From assembly GCA_025361335.1 (NCBI GenBank), contig JANYAK010000037.1, positions 2,320-66,319 of the forward strand: 64,000 bases of DNA. Direction: 5' to 3'. Numbering within the stretch: the stretch's first letter is position 1; every line of letters begins with the position of its first letter. Made by a program: the position numbers and the translations under genes. This stretch comes from Coriobacteriia bacterium (GTDB lineage: Bacteria > Actinomycetota > Coriobacteriia > Anaerosomatales > PALSA-660). The notes under the pieces were generated by a model. It saw only the letters and a program-made list of their open reading frames with translations, was not told the DNA's origin and searched no databases. This document shows, in pieces, positions 37,479-45,692 of the stretch.

Positions 37479-38870
37479 TCAGATACCGGCGCTGTGGCGC
37501 ATGAGCGCCACGACCGCCTCGGCGTCGAAATGCGAGGACAGCGCGCCGCAGCACGCGAGGATGTAGTCGCGATCGAGTGCGACCGCGGCGTCCGCGGGCG
37601 GCAACAAGCGGTCGCCCATCTCCGCACCGCCGCGCGACGCCTCCAGGATCGCTTCACCGCCCGGCAGGCGCGTCAGGGCCCCTCCCGTTCCCACGATCAG
37701 GCGGCACGCGGTCAGATCGCGGCCCCTGGCGACCGTGGCGCGGCCCTTCGGCGTGTACATGTGCACGAGGCAGCCTGCATGCCGCCGCACCGCCGTCATC
37801 GCCGCGACGCGGGTCAGCAGCACCGCGGCCTCGATCTCGTCCGGAGTCGAGGGGATCGGCGGGGGTAGCACGCCCGGGCGATACCGCGTATCGACGAGAT
37901 CGGCCACGTGCCGCGCGCTCACGAACGTCCCGAGGTCGCCCTCGACGGTCCGCTTGCTGTGTGGTTGCGGCTCGGTGGACATCGCCGCCACGTCGGGGCT
38001 CCCGTCGGTGACCGAGTGCACGTCGGTGGTGGCTCCGCCGACATCGACGACGACGAGATCGCCCACCGCTGTCGCCAGTAGCTCGGATGCGATGAGCACG
38101 GCCCCCGGCGTCGGCAGGATGCGCCCGGTGGCGAACTGCCCGATGCGCTCCATCCCGGGCGCGTGGACGATATGCTCCTCGAACGCGTCATGGATCACCG
38201 CTCTGGCCGGCACGATATCCAGCTCATCCACGCCCGGGTAGACGTTCGCGGTCACCCGGACCCGGAATCCGGCCGCCTCGAGCAGCTCTCTCGCCTCGTC
38301 GCGCACGGCTGTGTTCCCCGCGTACACGACGATGGGCCGGGACTCGATCCGAGCGAGGCGTCCCGCGTTGAACAGGATCGTCTCGGTGTCACCGCCCTCG
38401 ACCCCGCCCGCGAGCAGGATCAGGCTCGGCGCGATCTCGTCGATCCGACGCAGGTCGGCGTCGCGGAGCCTTCCTGAGGTCGTGTGCTCGACGACGCCGC
38501 CGGCCCCGAGCGCGGCCTCGCGCGCGGCCATCGCCGTCATCTTGGCCGTGAGACCGTGGACGGTCATCCGAAGGCCGCCCGCTGCCGATGATGTCGCGAA
38601 GGTCACGGCGGGCGCCAACGGACCCGTGGCGGCCTCGAGGGCCGCACGCGCACCGTCCACACCGATCCCCACGTCGCCCTGCGCGACCGACGTGGGTGCC
38701 ACACCCTGCCCGACCAGCCGGGGCTGGGTGTCCGGGAATCCCGCGAGCCCGTGAAACGCGCTGACGACCGTCGTCGTGGAGCCGATCTCGGCGACGAGTG
38801 CGTCTACAGCGCGCACGGGGCCTTCGGCCGGCACGATCTGTCCGTTCATCCTCCCATGAGGCTCGGTCAT
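37479..38870 (-). CDS. GlmL/MutL-like putative aminomutase reactivase (ASKHA/ATPase-like)
   Basis: EIGSTTTVVSAF...SSAAGGLRM...VDVGGATTDVHS actin-like ATPase motifs, as in glutamate mutase component L. Start is ATG 38870 or 38849. Confidence 0.7.
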   Translation of the reverse strand: MTEPHGRMNGQIVPAEGPVRAVDALVAEIGSTTTVVSAFHGLAGFPDTQPRLVGQGVAPTSVAQGDVGIGVDGARAALEAATGPLAPAVTFATSSAAGGLRMTVHGLTAKMTAMAAREAALGAGGVVEHTTSGRLRDADLRRIDEIAPSLILLAGGVEGGDTETILFNAGRLARIESRPIVVYAGNTAVRDEARELLEAAGFRVRVTANVYPGVDELDIVPARAVIHDAFEEHIVHAPGMERIGQFATGRILPTPGAVLIASELLATAVGDLVVVDVGGATTDVHSVTDGSPDVAAMSTEPQPHSKRTVEGDLGTFVSARHVADLVDTRYRPGVLPPPIPSTPDEIEAAVLLTRVAAMTAVRRHAGCLVHMYTPKGRATVARGRDLTACRLIVGTGGALTRLPGGEAILEASRGGAEMGDRLLPPADAAVALDRDYILACCGALSSHFDAEAVVALMRHSAGI

Positions 38871-38877
38871 CGCCGGG

Positions 38878-39627
38878 TCACAGTCCCGGCACCGACCCGA
38901 GCTCGGGCACGGCCGACGTGGACGTGCCCTTGGACACCGTCAGCACGACCGTCGATCCTGGCTGAGCCTCCCCGCCGTCCGGCTCCTGCGCGATGACGAT
39001 GTCTTTCTCGGCCTCGTCTTCCGCCTTCTTCACCGTGACCACGAAGCCGGCGTCTTGCATGACCTTGGTCGCGTCGGCCTGTGTCAACCCTTTGACCTGG
39101 GGGACGGGCACGGGAACGGGCCCCTTACTGACCACGACCGCGACCGCCGATGCCCTCGTCAGGACCGTGCCGGCGGCGGGAGTCTGGGACATGACCGTAC
39201 CGGCCGGCGCGGAGGCATCGTAGACCTCCGTGACCGTGCCCATCTTGAGACCGGCCGAACTCAGACCTGCCTCCGCGTCCGCCCTCACGAGCCCCACCAG
39301 CGCGGGCATCGCGACAGGCGGAGGACCGGCCACGGTCAGGTTGATTCGCGAACCCGCCCTGACCGAATCACCGGCGATCGGTTCCTGCGCGACGACCGAG
39401 CCGCCGGGGACGGCGGCCTGAGGGTCATAGGTGATCGCGCCGACTCCGAACCCGTCGGTCTTGAGGACCTTCGCCGCTTGGTCCAGCTTCATGCCGACGG
39501 AGTTGGGGACAGCGACGCCGCAACCCGTCATCGTGAGAAGGACCGCAGCCGACACGGCGGCGGCGACCAGCCACTTCGCACGCATCCGCCGACGCCGGGA
39601 CGCGACGCCGTCGACATCGACGCTCAT
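38878..39627 (-). CDS. stand-alone lipoprotein with three PASTA domains
   Basis: TM/lipobox LLTMTGC followed by three ~65-aa repeats (VPNSVGMKLDQAAKVL..., MPALVGLVRADAEAGL..., VPQVKGLTQADATKVM...). GGAAGAG RBS 14 nt after the oraE stop. No kinase or PBP domain. Confidence 0.85.
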   Translation of the reverse strand: MSVDVDGVASRRRRMRAKWLVAAAVSAAVLLTMTGCGVAVPNSVGMKLDQAAKVLKTDGFGVGAITYDPQAAVPGGSVVAQEPIAGDSVRAGSRINLTVAGPPPVAMPALVGLVRADAEAGLSSAGLKMGTVTEVYDASAPAGTVMSQTPAAGTVLTRASAVAVVVSKGPVPVPVPQVKGLTQADATKVMQDAGFVVTVKKAEDEAEKDIVIAQEPDGGEAQPGSTVVLTVSKGTSTSAVPELGSVPGL

Positions 39628-39641
39628 GTGAGTCTCTTCCG

Positions 39642-41867
39642 TCACATCCCCCGCTCGCGCATCGTCCTCACGATGAAGCTGGCCACTTCGAAACCGTGGG
39701 TCTTGCGGCCGAAACCCGCGTCCATGCCCCACGAACACGCCTGCTTGTCGGTCACCTGGGTACCCCCGGCGATGAGCAGCACCTTGTCGCGCACGCCCTT
39801 CTCGATGGCGAGGTCGGCCAGCTTCTGCATGTTCTCACGATGCATGTCGCCGTGGGTGATGATCGTGGAGATGAGCACGACCTGCGCGGCGTGTTCGATC
39901 GCCGCGTCGAGAAGCTTCTCGACGGGCACCGACGTCCCCAGGTGCGTGCAGTGGAAGCCCCACTTCTCGAGGCCGCCGTGCTTGATGTCGATGATCTCCC
40001 GCATGCCGACCGAGTGCTCGTCCTCACCCACGGTCGCCGCCACGCATCGGACTTCATGGCCGGCGACGAACTCCCGGATCTCCTCATCCGAGAGTTGTTC
40101 CGGCTTGTCGGGGATCACCAGATTCGCGGGGTCGACGGCCACTTCGAGACGCCCCTTGATCTCGACCAGCGTGCCCTCGGCCGGGTGCATGACCTGCCTG
40201 TTGATGACCTCGACGTCGATCAGGTTCATCGCGCGGCCCAGCTCGAGAGCCGCGGCCTCCGCGACGCGCTCGGCCGCGGGTAGGAACATCGTCACTGCGA
40301 CATAGCCGTCGCCGGCCCACTCGACCTCCGGCTTGATGAGGCCGCGTGCGCGCATCTCGGCTGTGGCGGCCAGGCGCACGTTCACGTTGTCCTCGGGGTC
40401 GAGCTCGTCGATGAAGGGGACCTTCGAGTCGTCGCACAGCGTGCAGCCGCCGATGAGGTCGCAGGGCGCGGCCTCGCCGAAGTCCGCACCTCGATACCCT
40501 TCGGGCAGGTGGTTCACACCGAAGTGGTGGCAGACCGGCGCCATGTAGTCGTCCGCACGCTCGACGATGGTCCCCTCGGCCACGCCTCCCTGGCTGTCGC
40601 GCGCGATGCCGTCGTCGTGCGTCTCGGGATACTCGCCGGAGTCGACGAAGTACGCCTGCTCGACGCCGGCGAAGTAGCCGCCGTCGCGCTGCATCGCCTC
40701 GAGGAACAGGACAGCGCGCTCCTTGATCTCGCGCACACGGGCCTTGAACGCGGGCTGCTCGCGGTCGAGCTTGACCATGTCCCGCAGACCGTCCATCCCG
40801 ACCAGGGACTGCTTCGCCGTGTCGACCGCGGCGACGTTGTTGTAGTGCCACGGAACGTTGCGGCCCTCGTCCGGCGTGATGGTCGACTGGACGTCGGCGC
40901 TGGTGAGGCGCGAGATGAGCAGGTTCATGACGTGGCTGACGGTCGCGTCGCGGCTGTCGGACTCCATGTAGCGGGTGTTCTGCTGAGCGCGCATCTTGTA
41001 CTCGCCGAACAGGTCGCGCAGAGCGACCGCGTACGGCAGGTCCATCCGCATGCACGGTGCGGGTGACGCATCCGGCGGCACGGTCGACAGGGCGATCTGC
41101 TCCCGGGGCATGCCGGCCGCGACGGAGAACGCGCAGTTGATGGCGTGCTGGACGAGCAGCTCCGGCATGACCTTCCACGCCTTGACCGCGGTCGCGTTCG
41201 CGTTGTGCGCGCCGTCGATCTGCACGATGCCGGCGGACGCCATCACGCGCTTCGCCACCGCCGCATCGACGAAGCTGCGGTACATGTTGATGTTGCGGTA
41301 GAGCACATTGTACTGCGGATCCTGATGGGCGCCGTTGACGCCCTCCTCGGCGAACATGACCGCGATCTCAGGCCCCGCCACACCGCTGACGTAGCTGTGG
41401 AAGTTGATAGGGCGGCCGACCTCGTCTTCGATGAGGTCCAGAGCACGCCTGGTGAGCCGGCATTGCTTCCGGGTCACGGCGATGCCGCCGACGCCTTCCG
41501 GCGTTCCCTCGAGGAGCCCGTCCATGTGGCTCTGGCCCGCCGTGCGGATGACCATCATGTGGTCTGCCCCATGCCACGCGGCCATCCGCATGCGGCGGAT
41601 GTCGTCCTCCGGGCGGCCCGAGGCGATCTCCGTGGTGATCACACAGTCCGGCTGAGGGTCGATGTTGTCGAAGTAGTGCGCCGCCGGCAGGGGCACGCAG
41701 TTCGCCAGGCCCTTTGACGTCTCCCGATAGTCGAACTCGTAGAGGTGCTGGTCGGGCACCTGCTCGCGCCAGTGCCATCCGTGACGCCGGGGCCGGTAGT
41801 CCTCGAGGCCGTCGAGCAGCGCCTGGACGTTCAGCTTCTCGTTCGGCTGGAGCGGCTTGTCGCTCAC
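39642..41867 (-). CDS. oraE: D-ornithine 4,5-aminomutase subunit beta (E component, PLP + adenosylcobalamin)
   Basis: 741 aa with a C-terminal B12-binding domain carrying DxHxxG (GEDEHSVGM) and a Rossmann-like tail. GTG 41867 overlaps the oraS stop (GTGA). The large-plus-120-aa-small subunit architecture matches OraE/OraS rather than KamDE. Confidence 0.88.
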   Translation of the reverse strand: MSDKPLQPNEKLNVQALLDGLEDYRPRRHGWHWREQVPDQHLYEFDYRETSKGLANCVPLPAAHYFDNIDPQPDCVITTEIASGRPEDDIRRMRMAAWHGADHMMVIRTAGQSHMDGLLEGTPEGVGGIAVTRKQCRLTRRALDLIEDEVGRPINFHSYVSGVAGPEIAVMFAEEGVNGAHQDPQYNVLYRNINMYRSFVDAAVAKRVMASAGIVQIDGAHNANATAVKAWKVMPELLVQHAINCAFSVAAGMPREQIALSTVPPDASPAPCMRMDLPYAVALRDLFGEYKMRAQQNTRYMESDSRDATVSHVMNLLISRLTSADVQSTITPDEGRNVPWHYNNVAAVDTAKQSLVGMDGLRDMVKLDREQPAFKARVREIKERAVLFLEAMQRDGGYFAGVEQAYFVDSGEYPETHDDGIARDSQGGVAEGTIVERADDYMAPVCHHFGVNHLPEGYRGADFGEAAPCDLIGGCTLCDDSKVPFIDELDPEDNVNVRLAATAEMRARGLIKPEVEWAGDGYVAVTMFLPAAERVAEAAALELGRAMNLIDVEVINRQVMHPAEGTLVEIKGRLEVAVDPANLVIPDKPEQLSDEEIREFVAGHEVRCVAATVGEDEHSVGMREIIDIKHGGLEKWGFHCTHLGTSVPVEKLLDAAIEHAAQVVLISTIITHGDMHRENMQKLADLAIEKGVRDKVLLIAGGTQVTDKQACSWGMDAGFGRKTHGFEVASFIVRTMRERGM

Positions 41868-42226
41868 TTCGCGCCCCCGAACTTCGCGACGGCGAGGTCC
41901 CATCCTTCGTCGGCGGCGAGTCGCGCGGCGGCGGCGGGCGCGGTGCAGTCCCACTCCCGCATGCAGATCCAGACCACGTGCCCGGCCCCATGCCCGAGCA
42001 AACCGCGCTTCTCGCATTCGGAGACGACCGCCATGCACGTTCGAGAGTCGACGCCCATGCGCATGAGCACGCTGCGCTCGATCGACGGCGACGTGTGTGT
42101 GCGCGCGAGTTCGACGAGGGGCTCCACGCATGCATGCGAGAGTTCCCAGAACCGCGCCTCGAGCTGCTGGTCGGTCAAGCCCGCGAGATGGGCGCGGACC
42201 TCGGTGAACGTGTCGGGACGGACCAA
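41864..42226 (-). CDS. oraS: D-ornithine 4,5-aminomutase subunit alpha (S component)
   Basis: 120 aa: ...AHLAGLTDQQLEARFWELSHACVEPLVELARTHTSPSIERSVLMRMG...GHGAGHVVW, closely recalling OraS. TTG start with GAAGGAGG upstream. Confidence 0.85.
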   Translation of the reverse strand: MVRPDTFTEVRAHLAGLTDQQLEARFWELSHACVEPLVELARTHTSPSIERSVLMRMGVDSRTCMAVVSECEKRGLLGHGAGHVVWICMREWDCTAPAAAARLAADEGWDLAVAKFGGAK

Positions 42227-42230
42227 GTCG

Positions 42231-43643
42231 CTACGCCTCCTTCAGCGCCGCGAGGGTCTTCTCGACCGTCTCGGGCGTGCTGTTGGTGTCCGCGGCCAGG
42301 AAAGCGACGTCCTCGTCCGTCGGCAAGTAGCCTTCGCCCGCGTGCTGCAGCGCGTTGCGGATGTAGCTGCGGCGCATCTTGGCGATGTCGGAATCCTTCG
42401 CCCGGATCTGCTCCGGACGCTGGGGGATGATGATCGACTTGCCCGGCACGTTGTCGGCCGGGTCCCCGGCGCGCACCTCGACGCCGTTGGCGCGAGCGAA
42501 GTTCAACTGGGCCCAGTGATGCTTGCCGGCGCCCGTGTACTCGGTCTCCTGGACCACGACGGTCGCGTCGCCGGGCAGGTCGCGCGCCAGCGACATCGCT
42601 GCGGCCATGGAGGTGTTGCCGCTCGGGCCGCGCTCCAAACCCTCGAGCTTGGCCATGGCCTCGGTCACGTAGAACACCTCACCCTGACTGACCGTCAGAT
42701 AGCGATCCATGTAGCGCAGGGCGCGCGCGGCGTTGCGCGGCACGTCCGCGCGATCCGGCCATGTGGCGAAGGGCACCCCGAAACCGGTATGCCCCGTGGT
42801 GAAGCTCTTCCGATTGAAGTCGGAGTCGGACGCCATGTGCAGGCCCGACAGATCCACGCTCGCTCCGACGATCTGCGTCGAGGTCGCGCCGGCCCCCTTG
42901 AGACCGCGGGCCGTGCCGGTCGTGTTGCCACCGCCGGCGTGGGTGACCACCACGACAGTGGGAGCAGCGCCCGTCAGCGCGGTCATCTCGCGGGCGATCT
43001 CGGCTCCGAGTGTCTCGATGCCGGATATCCCGAACGACGAATAGAGCGAGGCGGCGAAGTAACCGGTCTCGTCGAGCAGCTCCAGCATGTGGCTGAACAG
43101 CTCGGGGCCGACGGTCATCTGCACGACCTCGGCGCCGAAGGCCTCGCAGATGCGTGACTTCTCGATGATCTCCGGTTGGCCGACGTGGCGCGAGTCGAAC
43201 GCCTCCTGGCAGATGATGCACATCAGTGAGGCGCGAGCCGCCTGGCTCGACACGGCGGCCCCGTAGTTGCCCGACGTCGCCGCGATGACCCCGGCATAGC
43301 CCTTCTCCTTGGCCGCATGGATCGAGACGCTCGCTCGGCGGTCCTTGAACGACCCTGCCATGTTCGCGGCTTCGTCCTTCACGAAGATGCGCGCCCCATG
43401 GCCGGGCTCCGCGTAGGACCGCACCAGGTCCGTGAGGTTGCGAAGCTCTAGCAGGGGCGTGTTGCCGACGCCGGCTTTCGTCTGGATGCGGGTGATGTCC
43501 TCGAGGCTGTAGCCATGCGCGTCCATCATCGCCTCATAATCGAACGTGATCGGGCTGCGCTCGAACTCGGCGTAGTCCATGCCGAGCGCCCGCTTCATGA
43601 TCTCGCCTCTCCGGGCCAGTATCGCTTCGGTCCTCGAGGCCAT
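42231..43643 (-). CDS. ortB: 2-amino-4-ketopentanoate thiolase beta subunit (PLP-dependent)
   Basis: Fold-type II PLP enzyme with MAGSFKDRRAS lysine motif and SGNYGAA. Adjacent to ortA. Start is ATG 43643 or GTG 43652. Confidence 0.85.
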   Translation of the reverse strand: MASRTEAILARRGEIMKRALGMDYAEFERSPITFDYEAMMDAHGYSLEDITRIQTKAGVGNTPLLELRNLTDLVRSYAEPGHGARIFVKDEAANMAGSFKDRRASVSIHAAKEKGYAGVIAATSGNYGAAVSSQAARASLMCIICQEAFDSRHVGQPEIIEKSRICEAFGAEVVQMTVGPELFSHMLELLDETGYFAASLYSSFGISGIETLGAEIAREMTALTGAAPTVVVVTHAGGGNTTGTARGLKGAGATSTQIVGASVDLSGLHMASDSDFNRKSFTTGHTGFGVPFATWPDRADVPRNAARALRYMDRYLTVSQGEVFYVTEAMAKLEGLERGPSGNTSMAAAMSLARDLPGDATVVVQETEYTGAGKHHWAQLNFARANGVEVRAGDPADNVPGKSIIIPQRPEQIRAKDSDIAKMRRSYIRNALQHAGEGYLPTDEDVAFLAADTNSTPETVEKTLAALKEA

Positions 43644-43644
43644 C

Positions 43645-43977
43645 TCACTCACCGGCCTTCGACGCGCGATACCCGGCCAGACGCGCACGCAGGTCGCGAC
43701 CGACGTGCGTGAGCTCCGGCGCGGGGCGGCCGAACGTGTGGGTGTAGCCGGGATTCACATCGGTGAGGGCGCCGGTGACCGCGCGCCCGGTCATGGTGTC
43801 GACCGTGACCTCGTCGCCCCCTGAAGCGGCGTCGCGAGCGAAGCCCTTCACCCACACGAGAAGGGGTTGGGCCGCCGTGTCGGCGGGCAGGCTCGCGGAC
43901 CGGTCGGCCGGTTCGAGGAGCACGTAGCGCACCTCGACCCAATCGCCCGCCTCGCAGCGGATCGTGTCAGTCATCAA
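43645..43977 (-). CDS. ortA: 2-amino-4-ketopentanoate thiolase alpha subunit
   Basis: 110-aa small subunit between ord and ortB (GDWVEVRYVLLEP...VTVDTMTGR...PGYTHTFG). Position and size fit OrtA. Confidence 0.8.
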   Translation of the reverse strand: MMTDTIRCEAGDWVEVRYVLLEPADRSASLPADTAAQPLLVWVKGFARDAASGGDEVTVDTMTGRAVTGALTDVNPGYTHTFGRPAPELTHVGRDLRARLAGYRASKAGE

Positions 43978-44020
43978 AGCATCCTCCCCGCGTGCGGGCT
44001 CGTTCGGTCGGCTGGAGGAT

Positions 44021-45031
44021 CTAGGCTGTCGGGACCCAGAAGCGGGGCAGCGGCAGGTCCACCACGGTCACGATACCAGCGGGAGCGTCGACGATGAGCG
44101 GGATGTAGTTGCCGGTCGAGGCGTACGTGCCCTTGCCGCCGGGGATCTCGGGCGACGTGGACATGTTCACCATGGGATCGCCGATCACTTTGATGTAGTC
44201 CCCGGTGCTGACGCCCTCCATCTCGGGGTGTATCTGCTGGGGATGGACCAGCTCTATCTTGAGCTCGTCTCCGATGTAGCCGCGCCCGATCTGCTTGCAG
44301 CCGGCGACGTCTCCCGCTTTGACCGTGACATGCGGCGTCGACCGCTCGATCGTGGTCACGATGGGCTCGCGCGTCTCCTCGACGCGATCGATCTTCCACC
44401 CGAGCGCGCGACCGATGAGGTGGATCGACTCGGGGAAGCCGATGTGACCCACGATCGTCCCGTCGGCCACGCCGGCCTCGAACTCCGCGACGGTCGTTCC
44501 CACACCCTGCGTCTTCATGACGGTCGGCCCGAACGGCGACAGATCGTTCACGCGCTGGGCCTCGATGCGGTCGACCCGCAGGTTGATCGAGGTCCACATG
44601 CAGATCAGGGCGTCGAGTATGAAGCCCGGGTTGATGCCCGTCCCCAGGATCGATACTCCATGCTCCTTGGCGAGCGCGTCGAAGCGATCGGCCCAGGCCG
44701 GGTCGCTCGCCCACGGGTACGCTAACTTCTCCGCGATGCATAGGACGTTCGCACCGGCGCGCAACGAGGGCTCGACCTGGTCGGTGACCTCGTGCAGGAA
44801 GCTCTGAGTGCAGACGCACACGACATCCGGCTTGGCGGCCAGGACGGCTGCGGAGTCGGTCGTCATCCTCACGTCACACGGCCGTCCGAGCAGCTCGCCG
44901 ACGGTCTTGCCCTCCTTGGCGGGGTTCGTGACGATGACACCCACCAAGTCGATGTCCTTCGGGCGATCGAGGATGAACCCGAGCAAGCCCTGGCCCATCA
45001 TCCCCGTGCCCCACACTGCCACTTTGACCAT
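44021..45031 (-). CDS. ord: 2,4-diaminopentanoate dehydrogenase
   Basis: MVKVAVWGTGMMGQG Rossmann N-terminus with a DapB-like architecture. First gene of the ornithine cluster. Confidence 0.82.
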   Translation of the reverse strand: MVKVAVWGTGMMGQGLLGFILDRPKDIDLVGVIVTNPAKEGKTVGELLGRPCDVRMTTDSAAVLAAKPDVVCVCTQSFLHEVTDQVEPSLRAGANVLCIAEKLAYPWASDPAWADRFDALAKEHGVSILGTGINPGFILDALICMWTSINLRVDRIEAQRVNDLSPFGPTVMKTQGVGTTVAEFEAGVADGTIVGHIGFPESIHLIGRALGWKIDRVEETREPIVTTIERSTPHVTVKAGDVAGCKQIGRGYIGDELKIELVHPQQIHPEMEGVSTGDYIKVIGDPMVNMSTSPEIPGGKGTYASTGNYIPLIVDAPAGIVTVVDLPLPRFWVPTA

Positions 45032-45094
45032 GCCGGTTTCCCTTCGGAACGGATGCCGTCCAAGACTGATACAGAACTCGGCCCTGTCTATGCA

Positions 45095-45122
45095 ACTCTA
45101 GCGTCCCCGGGGCGGTATTCAA
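45095..45122 (-). promoter_or_regulatory. putative promoter of the ornithine cluster
   Basis: The minus strand reads TTGAAT-16 nt-TAGAGT, about 60 nt upstream of the ord ATG. Confidence 0.35.
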
Positions 45123-45187
45123 GTGCGAATCGCGGCTCGCCTCGTAGCCGGACGCCCCCTGGCGACGAGCGGATGGGCCCTTCGCGC

Positions 45188-45231
45188 AGGAACGCTCCCC
45201 CCACCACCTTCGTGGTCGGAGGAGCGTTCCT
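45188..45231 (-). terminator. hairpin downstream of the multicopper oxidase stop
   Basis: aggaacgctcc...ggagcgttcct 11-bp arms with an inner ccac/gtgg pairing, 18 nt after the stop. No clear U-tract. Confidence 0.45.
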
Positions 45232-45248
45232 GGTTCGAAGCGATCCCT

Positions 45249-45692
45249 CTACTGGCCGACGTAGAAGCCGATGCCCTCGAAGCGCATCGACGAGCTCATG
45301 GTCGCGATGATCCAGTCGCGCTCGTCAGGGTTCGCCGTGAAGAAGTGGGTATCGTTGCGGAAGTTGTAGAACCGGAACACCGGGATGGTCGGCGCCGGGC
45401 ATGGCCACGCGGACACGTAGTAGGCGATGTTCTCGTAGCGGTAGGTACCCGCGAGGTTCGCGATGATGCTGTCACGCTCGCCGACTGACGCCGTGTAGAA
45501 GTGGGTGCCGTTGCGGAAGTTGAAGAACCTGAACAGCGGGGTGACGTTCGCCGGATTCGACTGGTTGATGCTGTACGCGACGCTCTCATCCAGGTAGGTG
45601 AAGGACTGCAGAGCGATGATGCTGTCGCGTTCGGCGACGTTGATGGTGTAGAAGTGGCTGCCGTTCCGCATGTTGTAGAAGCGGAACACCGG
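45249..45692 (-). repeat. three tandem ~44-52-aa coding repeats (PxFRFYNxRNxxHFYT...ERDxII...Y) at the MCO C-terminus
   Basis: PVFRFYNMRNGSHFYTINVAERDSIIAL.. / PLFRFFNFRNGTHFYTASVGERDSIIAN.. / PVFRFYNFRNDTHFFTANPDERDWIIAT... The DNA also repeats with a ~153-nt period (gttgcggaagttg.agaac..gaaca motif). Confidence 0.9.

Noticed and set aside
45032-45187. Possible cobalamin riboswitch upstream of the B12-dependent ornithine cluster
   Set aside because: I looked for a B12-box-like element and multi-stem architecture in the ~155-nt leader and could not recognise one. The leader looks too short, and only a promoter-like TTGAAT/TAGAGT pair was seen. An Rfam scan would settle it.
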